From Psilocybe cubensis (lineage: Eukaryota), in contig CM039009.1 in the NCBI GenBank assembly GCA_017499595.2, positions 1,240,001 to 1,304,000 on the forward strand: DNA of 64,000 nt. Direction: 5' to 3'. This document shows positions 12,719 to 26,334 of the stretch, one piece after another (the first letter of the stretch is position 1; every line of letters starts with the position of its first letter). The notes under the pieces are model-generated. The model was given only the letters and a program-made list of their open reading frames with translations, searched no databases and had not been told where the DNA came from. Position numbers and translations under genes: made by a program.

Positions 12719-14142
12719 TAATTGTGTTCAAACTTCAGGTACTTCACGCGCACTCCTTGCAACCTTTAGTACTTACCATCAAGTCCATATATTTATTTGA
12801 CTCTGACTCCGACTCATAGTATTAGAATAGAATTAGTAAATAGTCGAAGGAAGCAAGCCTGAGTGTATTTGTTTATTTTATTTTTAGTTTATTTGGACTT
12901 GGGTTGGACAGGACTTGCTTAGGCGCCCGTGGGCCGTGGGCCGTGGCCGTGTCACTGAACTGTACATGTGCAGGCAGCAGTGGATCATGATCAGGCGCCT
13001 GTCCGATTGCCTGATTCACCTGCGCCGCGCCGCGCTGCGTTGCGTGATGGGTGACCCCACCAACCGATTAACGGACGTCGGACGAACCGACCGAGGAGAT
13101 AACTCAAGTTCGAACCTACTTACTTACTTACAAGTAGGTGTAGTTGTAGGAGTATCGATGTCGCTATCGGAGATTTAGAATAAAATAATGGTATACTAAA
13201 ATAATTTAGATGTAGATATTTAGATGAGGGATGTATCATATGGACGAGGGATGAGGGATGAGGGATGTGGGAGGTGGGAGGTGATGTTCGATCTGAGCGG
13301 AGCGCTGAGCGCTGAGCACTGAGCGTTGAGTACGAGTCCTTGTGTGTTCCGGAGCGATGAGCGAGGGTGATGTGATACGTCGAATGCGAATGCGAATGTT
13401 AATGCGAATGAGGATGCGAATGAGGATGCGAAGGTGAGGTGGATGCGTGTGTGAATGTGAATGCGTACGCGACGCAGGCGCAGGCGAAGGCGCTGCTGAT
13501 TAGATTCGGATTCGATCTGGATTTTTATGTTATGTTATTTCAGTGCGCATTGGCGGATGTTAGAGCATTCGAACATTCGGGATGTGTGTGGAATATAAAT
13601 GAGGGAAGAGCGTGGAGGGTAGGCGCAGAGCGGAGGTAGAGGCGGAGGTTGGAAGGAATGTCGAAGGAATATGAAGGAATATAGGCGGAATATAGCAGAT
13701 GGATGAGAAGATGACAGAATCAGAATCAGAATCAGAATAGAATAAATAGAAATAGAAGTGGGATGGGGTAGGATGAGACGCGCACCTGTCGAGACTCGAA
13801 GAAGCAAGGGTACATAGTTGTCATTTCCGGGTATGGGTATAAATAGCGCTGAGCGCTCGCGCTCAGCACTCAGTCGTTGATTTTGATTTTGAGTCTCCTT
13901 TTCATCCTCTCCACCTTTCCTTTCCTTTCTTCCTCACCAGGATCCAGCTCTCGCGCCCTTCGCGTCTTTAGCTTTATTAGTTATATCATACACAACGCGT
14001 GTTGTCGGCGCATGTCCGTCTACGTCTTTGTGCTGAACCCGCTTCGATAACCAATATCCAATATTCGATGTTCGACATTGAATGCGCGTCTTGACGTTCG
14101 CTCAGGCTCCTCCTCGCCACCTCGCCGTCTTCCCCCCTTCTC

Positions 14143-14642
14143 TCAATCTTTATCCTTGCTCCTATCCTTTTCCTTCCCCGCCATATCATTTCCCTCATCC
14201 TCATCCTTAACCTGAGCCTCATCACCCTCCTTAACCCGAGCCTCATCACCCCTCCCACCCGCACCCTCCCTCTTCACCCGCCCAAACGGCCCAAACGCGC
14301 ACCCGAGCCGCGCATCGAGACAGTGCACGTTGATAGCGTTCGCGACGAACCAGTAGATGAGCGGGTGGTCGGTTGCTATTTTGTCGAGGTTGGTGGGGGG
14401 TTGGGAGGAGGGAGAGGAGGAAGAGGGGAGGGGTGATGATGTTGGTGTTTGTGTTTGTGATGACGGTGGTACAGATGAATGTGGAGGTGGGAGAGATGTC
14501 GGTGTGGGGGTTGATGATGATGATGACGGAGACGGGGACACGGAGGATGAAGATGAGGAGGAGGAAAAAGAAGAAAGAGTGGATAACATTGTGGAAAAAA
14601 GAGATGGTCCCCCGTTGGATAGCATACTGTCGAGATAGTCTG
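14143..14642 (-). CDS. Possible 3' exon of an unknown gene (Ser/Pro-rich, then a non-repetitive segment, then a charged tail)
   Basis: CTGAC...AACAG acceptor just upstream. Non-repetitive segment LDKIATDHPLIYWFVANAINVHCLDARLGCAFGPFG. Upstream exons could not be reconstructed. Confidence 0.3.
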
Positions 14643-15502
14643 TTCAGTCAGTTGAATTGAAGGCGGTGAAGAAGGGTATAAGTGTAATCGTCCACTGTAA
14701 ATGGTATGGGTGTCGGTGTCGATGTAGGTAGGGTAGGGTACGGTCGTACAACAAAATCCAAAAGTAAGTACAAATACAAGTGCAACAAGCTTTTTCCTTA
14801 TCACCTCTATTCGCTACTCAACCATATCCCGCGATCTCCCATCTCCCAACATAACACCGATATACATATTGAATCATCCAGAAAGGTGAACGTTGAAAAT
14901 TTTTTTTTTCATTATTTGGAATTCGGTCAAATCTTATCGCACCGCCGCACGGCTAAGCGCGCGTTCTGTGCCGGTGCCGCGCACTGGGCGGAGCGTCGGA
15001 CGGGCCTCGGAGGATTGGGCGTGGAATCCGGATCAGAGGGTACTAGTAAACAGATGTACATACAGGCTGATCAGTGCTAACGCAATCTTATCAGTATCTT
15101 TCGCTGGAGTGTCACGGTTGTTCAAGTTCCAGTCTCTCTCTTGCTTGCGCTATACGACATACGACAGTGTGTACTATCTATCTATCATATCACCTTGCTT
15201 GTTCGTTATCCGTTATCCTGAAAGATCTGAAAGATCTTTCGTTGTCATCGTCCGTTCCATTCGAGTTTTGAATCGATTTGGGCTGTTTGCGAGGTCTTGC
15301 ATACGCTGCGGTTGGTCTAGTCTCATTTCAACGAACTTTATTTAGGTGGATACGAGGTTCAAGGACACTCTATTCTATCTTATCCTCTTGCTTTGCTTTT
15401 GCTTTTACCTCGACATCGACCTCGAGAACGTCGATCCCAGCACCTCATACAATTCAAATTCGAATACGATCTGCTGCTCTGCACAACGTAACGTAACTTA
15501 CA

Positions 15503-18500
15503 ATGGACCCTTCTTCCAGCACCAGCACCACTACAAGCACGAGCGCGAATACAGGCGCAGGGACAGACAAACTCCTCGTTGAACAACACGTCGCGTATAT
15601 CCAGAAACTCGGCGAGGTGCGTTAGCGGTGCTCGTGTCGTCCACTTGCGTCTCGCGTCTCGTTCTCGGTATCATTCTCGTTGCTGACTCCCTCTCCTCCT
15701 CCACTTCTATTCAAATTCCGTTTGTGTTTGGTATCGCAACCATCACCACCTTTCCGTTCCCGTTCCCCTCTTCCTCTTCGTCTTTCTCATCCTCATCCTC
15801 CTCATCCTGCACCCACGAAACCTCTCTCTCTCTCTCCCCTCCCCCCTCTCTCTCACACACAGAACAAAGACGACCTCACATACCACCTCACCGCGCACCT
15901 CCGCCTCAACGCCGTCTACTGGGGCTTCACGGCCCTCTCGATCCTCGGCCGCCCCGACGCGCTCGACCGCGAGGAGATGATTGGGTTTGTGATGAATTGT
16001 TGGGATGAGGAGGCTGGTGAGTTTTTTTTGAGTTTTTGGGTTTTTTAGGGGTTTTGGGTTTTTGGGGGGTTGGGATTTCGGATTTGAGAGCTTGGATTGG
16101 AGAGTTTGGATAGATGATGGTGGATGGAGCATGGGATGATCAATAACCTTCTAATTTCCCCTTCCCTTCCCTTCCCTTCCTTTCTTTTCCACTTTCATTT
16201 TTCATTTTTCTTTTCAACCCGCTTTCTAATCCAACTACTAACTAACTCACCCACCCACCCACACACTCACTCACTCGCACCCTCACTCATATGCACACAG
16301 GCGCATTCGGCGCCCACCCAGGCCACGACGCGCACCTCCTATCCACACTCAGCGCGATTCAGATTTTGGTGATGCAGGATGCGATGGAGAGGGTTGATGT
16401 AGAGCGGGTTGTTAATTGTGCGTATGATTTTTTTTGGGTGTGGCTTTTTTTGGTTTGCGTTTTGGCTTATCTTATGTCATGTCATCTCAAATCTCACTTT
16501 GGCTCGCGCTCGATAATCGACCTCACACAAAACCAAAAAAAAAAAAAACTGCAACACCTAACCCACCCAATATATATAAAAAAAGTCATACTCTCCCTAC
16601 AACACCCATCCGGCACATTCACAGGCGACCGATTTGGCGAGCAGGACACGCGGTTTTTGTATTGTGCGGTTAATGCGTTGTCGCTGCTTGGGAGGCTTGA
16701 TGCGTTGGATGAGGGTGTGCTTGGCGAGGGTGTGTTGGGTGAGGAGGGTGTGGTGGATGAGGAGGGTGTGGTGGATGGAGAGGAAGAGGAAAAGGGGAAG
16801 GGCAGGGGGGAGGGGAGGGAAAAGGGGAGAGAGAAGGGCAAGGGCAAGGAGAAGGTAGTGGAGTATTTGCAAAGGTGTAGGAATTATGATGGTGGGTTTG
16901 GAAGGAAAGTTGGTGCGGAGAGTCATTCGGCGCAAGGTGAGATTTAGTTTTTGTTTTTTTGTTTTTTCTTGGTTTTCTTGTTTTTTTTATTTTGACGTTG
17001 ACTTTAAACTGATCTTTCTCCTCTTTCTACTCTTTCACTCCTTTTTTTGTGTATGTGTACATGTGTGCGTGCGAACAGTATTCGTATGCGTAGCGGCCCT
17101 CGCGATCCTCGACAGACTTGACGTAGTAGACGTTGACACGCTCGCGTTTTGGTTGGCGGAGAGGCAGCTTCCTAATGGGGGGTTGAATGGGAGGCCTGAG
17201 AAGTTGGAGGATGTGAGTTTTTTTGTTTTTTTTTTTCTCTTCTTCTTCTTCTTCTTCTTCTTCTGCTTTTTTTTGTGGTTTTGGTTGGGTTGGGGTTTTT
17301 TGGGTTTTTTTGGGGGGTTGGGGCGCACGCGAGCGCGCGCGAGTTCGTTCGTTCGTTCGCGTTCGTGTCGATGAACTGCACACTGCACAACTACTTCTTC
17401 ATTTTAACCTTCTTTTTATCATTATTATTATTAACATTGCACCCAAAAAAACACTATACTAACACCTCCCCCCTCCTCTTCCTACCCCCTCCTCCTCTTA
17501 CCCCCTCATCTCTCATCTTACCCCTCTCATAAAAATCTTACCGTCTCTCTCTCTCAAAACCAATAACCACGCTAACCACGCTAACAATAATAAAAACGCT
17601 AACAATAATAATAAAAACCAGGTATGCTACAGCTTCTGGGTCCTCTCCGCGCTCTCGATCCTTAACAAGCTTTCGTGGATCGATGAGGACAAGTTGACGG
17701 GGTTTATTTTGTCTGCGCAGGTGAGTTTGTGGATGTTTGTGTGTGTGTGTGTGTGTGGATGTGGGCGTGGATGGGGATGGGGAAGATGCAAGTGCGGAAA
17801 TGCTGATGATTATGGCTTTTTCTCTTTTTTTTTTTTTTGATTGGATCTTTCGTTTTCTTGAATACGATTGCGATTACGACTGTGACTTCGACTTCGACTC
17901 GACTTCGACTATGACTACGACTACGACCTACGAACACAACTATAAACACGAATACGAAAACGGTTATGGACGCGGTCATTCGGTGTCTTTCGCTCATCTT
18001 CTCGTCTTAACTTTTTCTTGTTCTTGTTACCTTTTTTACGGTAACTGCGATCGGCGCCGTTTGTTGCACACGCACACGCACCCCGCACACGCACGCTTGC
18101 ACACGAACGCACAACACGCGCTCCCGCAAATACTCGCACGCGATCATACTCACGCACACGAACGCTCGCTCACGCGATCGTACGCGCTCAGAACGCAGAA
18201 AGCGGCGGAATCGCGGATAGGCCAGGGGATATGGTCGATGTGTTTCATACCCATTTCGGGATTGCTGGTGAGTTTTTTTTTTTTTTGCGCGCGTTTTCGC
18301 TTCGTTTTTGGTTTTGTTTTTGTTTTGTGTTTTGGTTTTTGGGTTTTGGTTTTTGGGGGTTTGGGGTTTGGGTTTTGGGTTTTCGGGGTTTGGATGGACT
18401 GTGCTGGACTGGGACTTTTTTGTGCGCGGGTGCGGCTACGGCTGTGCGATGCCGATGCGTGCAAGATGCGTGCAAGATGCGAAGATGCGCGGATGAGCAT

Positions 18501-18841
18501 GAATGTGTGGTCTTTGTGCTGTGTTTGTGGTTTTTGTGGTTTTTGTGGAACTGAAACTGACTCGAATCGCCTTTTACCTCTTTGTCCCTTTCGTTTCCGT
18601 TTCCGTTTCCGTTTCCGTTTTCGTGGCTGTATATCACGCTAATCACTTTCCACCCCCACCCGCAACCCCCTTCCATCCCCCCCCCAACAAAACAAAACAA
18701 CATCAAACCCAAAAAGGTCTATCGATATTGGGATACCCGGGCCTTGTGGACCTCGACCCTGTGTATTGTATGCCTGCGCATGTTATTGAGCGGCGTGGGT
18801 TGAGGAAGGGGTGGAAGGCGCTTGAGAGGCGGGTTGGTTGA
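15503..18841 (+). CDS. BET2: Rab geranylgeranyltransferase (GGTase II) beta subunit, 8 exons
   Basis: Exons 15503-15616, 15863-16016, 16301-16417, 16586-16936, 17079-17212, 17622-17720, 18192-18267, 18717-18841 splice in frame. Motifs [79 protein letters not shown]. Confidence 0.95.
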
Positions 18842-20016
18842 GATGGGTTGCTTGGTTGAGAAGCGGGTTGGTTGAGAGGCGGGGTGTGTGTGTGGAGTTG
18901 AGTGAGTCATGTTTTGTGTGGATGGAGTCATGTTTTGGGGGTGTAGAGCGGGCATGGATGAGGCGGAGATCAGGAGATTATGAGGCGGGCGGGAATGAGG
19001 CGCGCATGAGGCATGAGGCAAGGCGGTGAGGCGGTGAGGCGCGTTAGGAAGGCTGAGGAGACGATATGGGGATCCCGCATCCGCAGCGTGTATTGTGTAT
19101 GTTTACATTGTCATTGTTGTTGTGCTGTGTGGAAGTGAGACGCGAGATAAAGGGGTTTAACGTTTGGGATTAGGGGCTAGTTAGGAGACAATGGCGAATG
19201 ACATGACAATGATAATGATATTAATAATGACACGCCACCGTGGTATCGTGGCCGGCCCCGTGATCGCGTCGAGCCGCGAGCGGCGCGGTGAGGCCGGGAG
19301 GTTGGGAGGCTCCGGCAGTGTTTGGGACTCTGGAGGCCGAGGGGTTAATATTGGTATTAGTATTAGTAATCAATGATAAATTATGCAATGGCCTTGTTAT
19401 GGTATGTGAAGGCCCGAAACGGCAACGGCCACGGATCCGGATATGGGCGGATCCGGGATGAGTCAGTTTTGAGTGGCAGTGGCCAGTGGGCGTGGCCAGT
19501 TAGTGGCCTAGTGTGCGATGGCGATGGCGATGGCCATGCGGCGCCGAGTCATGTTGTATATGACATATGTGTCCCCATTGTCTCTCGGCGTTTCTTGCAA
19601 TTCGCGAGGGGGGCGGGGAAAAAGGGGGGGGTTTGTGGTTTGGAGTTGTTCCCACGGTGATTTGTAACGGCCACGGGGACTGACTGACGAGCGAGCACGG
19701 GTACGGGTTGACGGTAACGTTACAACCCTTACGACCACTTGCTTCTTACTACTATACCAGTGTTATCTGGTTTGTTGCTCTTGTCTTTATCTTTATCTTT
19801 GTCTTTATCCTAGTCCTGGATACTTGTGTTCTACCAAGACCGGTGACCTGTGACTGGTGGCCAGTGGGATTTGGGTTCATTGTCCTGTCCTGTGGGTTTT
19901 GTCAGCTGGGATAAAGACTCGGAGCAGGAGCAGCGGGGACGATTACGTTACGGGTTGTGTTTGCGGACGAGAGGATTCCGACTCGATTCGACACGACTTG
20001 ATTCGACTCGAATTCG

Positions 20017-23000
20017 ATGGCGACGGGGTATGGTCGTGGTTATAGTTATTGTGCGGGTGCAGGCGGGGGAGGGAGAGCGAGTGCCGGTGCCACTCCGGGC
20101 GGAAATGGAGGCAGAGCCACTGGACAATCGAATGTGAATGCGGATGTGAATGGCGATGATGGCACGAATGGGACAATAGATCTACAGGGGGGCCGTTATG
20201 AGTCTGACTATAAGAGGCCCGCTGTTGCGCTTTTGTCGGGTTCCCTTTCTCCTTCTCCGTTTGCTTTTGGTTTTGCGCCTTGCTCTGATACTACGACTAC
20301 GACTACGACTACGACTTCTACACCAACGACTACAGCGAATATTGCTGCTACACCGATGATACCGACGCAGAAGACAGCTTCGTCATTGTGCCCCGATATG
20401 GATATGGATACGGGTATGGGCATGGATATGGATATAGATACGATTCCCGCCTTGTCCGCTTCCGCTTCTGCATCCAGTTCTAAATCCACAGTACCTTCCA
20501 CATCCACATCCACATCTACGTCCTCGCCATCATCATCCTCTTCCTCATCATCATCATCTACAACAACTCCCTCTTCATCCATATCCACCTCCTCACCATC
20601 ATCATCAACAACGACAACACTACCACAAACATCCACATCCACGACAACAACGACAACAACATCAACATCCCGCTTCCCAACATGGCGCACCCTCGGTAAA
20701 TTCGCAGCAGCAGCAGCAGCTATGACCCTCCCACTCCCCGCGCTCGGCGAGCGCTTCCGCTCAAAGTCGGAGCCTGCCCAGGTCCATCCTCATCCCCATC
20801 CCCATCCCCATCCTCATAATCATCCGTTGTCTTCGCCGCCGCCGATGGTGAGCGAGGACGTGGAGATGGGAGATGCGCGTGCGCGTGTGCGGGACGAGGT
20901 TGGGGGTGGGTTTAGGAGGGCGAGTAGTGAGAGTGCGGCGGCGGCGCGTGCGCGTGGTGCGCGTGTAAGTGGGGGGAGAAGGAGGTTTGATGTGAGTCTT
21001 TTGCTTTGCTTTGCTTTGATTTCTTTTCGTCTGTGCTTTGCTCTTTGCTCGCTTTGATTTTTTGTTTCGTGCTCGCTTTGATTTTTCTGTTCTTTGCTCG
21101 CTTGTTTTTTACTTTTTTTCATTTCATTTTTTTTTTTTGCTCCCCCCGCTCGAAGCATACCGACGCTTTTCATGCCATCCTTTTCCTTCTTGATTACACC
21201 GCCGTTGTTCACCCTTCACCGTTCAACGTCCAACGTCCAATTGCTGTCATCCTTTTTGTTGGCTCTGCGATGGTATTTTTGGATTTGGATTTGGATTTTG
21301 GGATATGACTAATTTCCATTTTTTTCACTCTGTTCTTCTTCCTATTTTCTATTCCTATTCTTGTTCCTGTTATTATTATGCCTATTATTGAATCGTATGC
21401 CTATCACCGATGGTTCGATCCATTCGCTATGTCGCTTGACATCATCCATCATTTATCATCGCGCTTCTGTTGTCCCTCATCGCGTGTCGCTCGTTGATCC
21501 CGCGTTGATTTCTTTTTGTTGTTGTTGTTGGTGGTGGTTTTTGATTTTTTTTTCTTGTTTCTTCATTGTTCTTATTCTTGGTTTTGTTGTTATGGTTTTG
21601 TTTGGCTTTACTCTGATTTGATTGCCTCACTTCTATTACTTCTTCACTCCAACGCTTAACTTTAATTTTACTTGTTCACTCCCAACTCCCAACTCCAACT
21701 CTTTCACTTGTGCTTTGATACTGACTCCACCCTTTGTCTCTACAGGACCCAATGCCTAGCGTAACAGAGTCCACAGAATCACCAGCAACAGAATCAACAG
21801 AGTCCACAGATAGCGAAGACGAGGCGTGTGCGGTCGAAGCGCAGATTTTCGGGCCTGTTTCTCCTATCAAGTCCAAGGCCAAGGCCAAGTCCGAATCCAA
21901 GGCCAACGTCAAGTCCAAGGCCAACGCAAACGCAAACGCAAATGCGAATGTGAATGCGAACCGCAAAAGCAAAAGCAAAAGCAAAAATGACATCGGCGGG
22001 AATGGCCAGGCACGCGAAGAGGAGGATACCGATACCGATACAGACACGGACACCGACACCGAGAACGAGGAGCAGGAGGAGCAGGAGGAGCAGGAGGAGG
22101 ATTGGGCGGCGCACTATGATTATCCGCAGTCGCAGCTTCCGCGGTTCCCTGATGAGATTGAGAAGATTGAGAATCAGGGTGTGTCGGTGGTGGTGGTTGA
22201 GCAGGCGTCCGAACAAGAACAGCAGCAGCAACGACATGCGTCGTCATCGCCATCGCAATCGCAATCACAACCACAACCTCAAACGCAAACGCAAACCCAA
22301 ACGCAAACCCAATCCCACCACCAACCACAACCCCAACAACAACTAACCCGCACCATCTCAAACGCATCCACCGAAGTATTCGACACGCCCCCCGAAGATG
22401 TGATGCGCAACCTTGTACGGCGCGGCATCCGGATTCGGGATTTTGCGTATGTGCGTGGGTCGAGGGCGCATTTTCATGCGGGGTTTGATGGGGAGGGGGT
22501 GGGGGTTGGAGAATCGAGTGAGGAAGGGGGTAGGGATGTGGGAAGGGATGTGGGAAGGGATGGGAGTAGGGAGAAGGAGAGGGAAAGGGAGAAGGAGAGG
22601 GAAAGGGAGAAGGAGAAGGAGAGAGCGGAAGAGCGTATAAGGCGGATGAATACGCAGCCTGCGGCTGAGATATTCGATCCTATCAAGGCGCTCTCCGAGT
22701 GCGATTATAGATGGTGGGTCGTCCCTGCCCCTGCCCCTGCGCCGTCGTCCACATCAACATCAACATCAACGTATTCGGCGGCGCAAGCACCAGCACAACC
22801 ACAAACGCAAGGACAACCGCAAGGACAACTAGCACCAGCACCACAGGCGCCGAGACAACGCAAGTACGCAGTACCAGGTAAAACGCTCCGACGCCTTTTG
22901 GATATAGGGTGGCTGTCGCATGAGGAGCTCCGCGCGAGAGGGGACGAGAAGGATTGGGAGAGTTTGAGGGTTTATGATGAGCGTGTGAGGGCGTCTTTGG

Positions 23001-24594
23001 GGGTGTATGCCTCGGCTTGTATGTCTTCTGCTGGTGGTGGTGGTTCTGGTGCTGGTTCTGTGGGCAAAACAGGAAAAGCATCGGTATATGAAGGTGGAGC
23101 AGCTGCGCAGATGCAGACGCAGACGTGGGGTGGAGGCGCGTACCCTTGGAGACCGATGAAAGTGCGCGAGCGGCTTGCGGAGGGGTTGGCTGCGGGTGTA
23201 GGGACGGGTGCGGGTGCGGGGACGGGGACGGGTGCGGGGGGTGTTGTGCAGAACGGTGTGCAAGCGATCAGCGCGATGATCAGTTCCGCGCTCGGCTCTT
23301 CTTCTTCTTCTTCTTCTACCTCCTCCTCAACACCATCATCCTCGTCGTCAACATCAACTCCTTCGTCATCGTCGTCGTCAACGACAACGACAACACCATA
23401 CACCCCCTGCGGCCCACCACCTACACCCGCACAGCGCCTCGCAGCGCTCAAAGCTCTCTACCCGTTCTGGAGGTATATGGACTCGACGAGGGAGAAGCAG
23501 GAGAACTTTGAGAGGTGGGAGAGGGAGAATGAGGAGAGGGTTAGAGCTGTTATTTTGGAGCGGGAGCGGGTGGGGGTGGGGGAGAGGGTGGGGGTTTGGG
23601 CTGGTGCGGTTAGTAGGAATGAGAATGCGGGTGTGGGTGCGAATGGACAGGGACAGGGACAGGGTGCGAATGGAGTGAGGAGGGGGAGCAGTAAGCGCCG
23701 ACTGGATGAGCGCGAGGAAGCCGGCGATGCTCAGAGTCAGGTCGTGGAGCAGAAGCAGGAACAAAAGCAAGCGCAGAGCGAGCGGAGCCCGAAGCGTATG
23801 CGGATGACGCCTGAGCGCGAGATGCGGTCGTCGCAGTCGCAACCGTATAGACAACAATCCTTCTCACAACCCTCCTCTTCCTCTTACTCGTCGTCGTCAG
23901 CAGCGGCGGCGCAGCCACATGCGTATTACCCGCTGTTCTCCTCACAGCCCACGCCCACCTCCTCCTCCTCCTCCTCCTCCTCGTCTCATCCAACGCACCA
24001 GTACCAACAATCCCAACCCGCGTACCCACACTCGCACTCACACTCACACTCACACTCACACTCGCATCAGTACCAGTATCCATATTCATACCCATACGCG
24101 CCGCCGCTGAAACAGTACCCAGCCCCACTGCGCTCGTACGATCCGCAGGTGTACCCGGACGCGGCGAGCGTGATAAGCGGGAGCGGGCAGCCGCGCGCGA
24201 ATGATGCGTTGCCTTTGTCGCAGGAGAGTGCTTCTGGTAGAGGTCGAGGACAGGGGCAGGGAGGGGGAAGGGGCAAGAGGTTGGGGAGGGTTGATACGCC
24301 GCCTTTTGATGGCGATGGCGATGGCGATGGCGAGGGTCAAGGTCAGGGTCAAGAAGGAGGAGAAGGAGGAGAGGAGGGCGATGGAGTGTTTGGGTCGCAG
24401 TCGCAGGGCAGTCCAGGGCGAAAGCAGGGAGGCACGAGGCTTGTTCATCCCAAGGAGAGAAAGGCGATGCAGCGCGCGTTGAGTCGGACGCAGACGTATA
24501 CCCAGCTGTGAGTCTTGTTTTTTTTTTTTTGTTTCTTTGTGGGATGGGATGGGATGGGATGCTGATGTTCTTTTTTGGTTGTAGGATTGTATGA
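20017..24594 (+). CDS. Large (~1250 aa) low-complexity protein of unknown function
   Basis: Exon 20017-20991, intron 20992-21745 (GTGAGT...CTACAG), exon from 21746 in the frame of the 925-aa ORF. It ends either at TGA 24509-24511 or via intron 24508-24584 to LIV* at 24594. Islands of normal complexity: LVRRGIRIRDFAY, VPGKTLRRLLDIGWLS, YDPQVYPDAA. Confidence 0.65.
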
Positions 24595-25089
24595 GGATCA
24601 GGATGATGACTTGGATATATTATCGCATAACGCCTGAATATTGAATGCCGGAATGTAATACGGAAAGACGAGCGAGCGAGCAGGCAGGCAGGCGGCCAGT
24701 AGAAACAACAACAACGACGACGACGGCAAAAAACGCACACGCACACGCAATGCGGAACCTTTCTATTTTATTTTCTTCTATTTTTCTACTTTTTCTAAAG
24801 TTGGGACATTCAATGAGAATGCGAATGAGAACGTGAACGTGAACGAGAACGAGAATGGTAGAAGAAATGGTAGAAGAAATGGTAGAAGAAATAGGAAATA
24901 GCAAGGTTTGCGTGTATACGAAGCGTTAGCGGGACACTTTTTTTCTCTCTTTTTTTCTTTTTTTTTTTCTTTTTCTTTTTAATTGTTCATTCACGTTAAT
25001 CATTTTTATTCTCCGTGGATTCTTGGTTTTTTTAATTACTTTATTCAATTCAAGTTTGATTCAAGTTCCCATTTTTTTCCATTTTCCAT

Positions 25090-25214
25090 TTTTCACTTTT
25101 GCACTTTTCACTTTTCACTTTTCACTTTTCACTTTTCACTTTTCACTTTTCACTTTTCACTTTTCACTTTTCACTTTTCACTTTTCACTTTTCACTTTTC
25201 ACTTTTCACTTTCA
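25090..25214. repeat. (TTTTCAC)n heptamer microsatellite, ~15 perfect copies
   Basis: Direct reading of 25102-25212. Confidence 0.97.
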
Positions 25215-26334
25215 TCATCATTATCCCTCAGGCCCTCATCGACATCGATCATCATCAGCAGATTTTTCATCGCATTATGAATCATGATTCACATCGCATT
25301 TTCTCATCTCGATTCGATTCGACTCGATGATTTATCGTATTTCCTCCCCCTCCTCCCCGTCCATTCCCCTTCATTTTCTTCATCCCCATCCCACTTCATC
25401 CCCTTCATCCACTTCATCCCCTTCATCCACTTCATCCCCATCCCCACCTTTATCCCATCCCCATCCCCATCCCCATTTTTTTTCTTTCTTGAAACAATTG
25501 AATATCGAGTCACTTACTATCCCGCGGATCTCCCATTTCTGAATTTTCTTTTTTCTTTTTTCTTGAATGTACCGTCGTAATCCCTCTGTGTTCTGTGTAC
25601 ATTGTGTTTACATTGTGTTTACAGCATTGTGTATATGAGCATGAAATTGAATTGAATAATGTAATGTATAGAATTGAGTTGAGTCGAGTTGCACGTAACG
25701 GTGTACAATGGTACATGTACATGGATTTTTTGTTACCTCTGCATGTAAGTAAGTTAAAATGTCCGGCTCCGGCTTCAGCTCCATTGACTGCTACATGGTA
25801 TGATGGTAATTACAAGGATAAAGCATAAAGGACCAAGGACGGACGTCGGAGGGTTTATTGGAAGTATAAGTGACAGAAAGTATAGGTGTTTTACTATTGG
25901 AACAGTGGAAAAGTGGGATAGATAGATAGTTTGTAAACTTGTATTTTCTATAGTCTTAGCCTTAGCCTACTCTCATTACAAATTTTCAAAGTGGATTTCA
26001 AAGATTTTACAGGAGTCCAGGACTATACAGTACAGTATGGGATCAAAGCAGAGAAATGATGGATGATTCAATGAATAGTACTACAGTTACCAGTACTTGT
26101 TCATAACACCATTTACAAGTACAAGTACAACGTGTAGTGAGAAAGTGAATTATTTAAATCGAAAGCAAAGCAAAAAAAGCAAAAGCAAAGCAAAGCAAGA
26201 TAGTCAAGTCATAGCGCCAAATCCAATGCATATCATGTTATATCATGTTCATGTTCTGTCATCTCATGTCATATCACATCTAGATCCCACCCTTCCCTTC
26301 CCTTCCCTAGCACACCATCCATTCTACAAATACT

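Noticed and set aside
13292-13875. GCGCTGAGC repeats at ~13300 and ~13850 as termini of an element
   Set aside because: Short, partly self-palindromic heptamer repeats with no TSD, consistent with the general SSR background.
17737-18642. 301-aa ORF and other long overlapping or antisense ORFs in the island
   Set aside because: They run through BET2 introns or antisense to real exons, and low-complexity DNA is depleted of stop codons.
25090-25214. Interstitial telomere repeat
   Set aside because: The unit is not TTAGGG-like, which is the usual basidiomycete telomere repeat.
25023-25330. ORFs with FHFSLFT repeats
   Set aside because: Translation artefacts of the stop-free TTTTCAC array.
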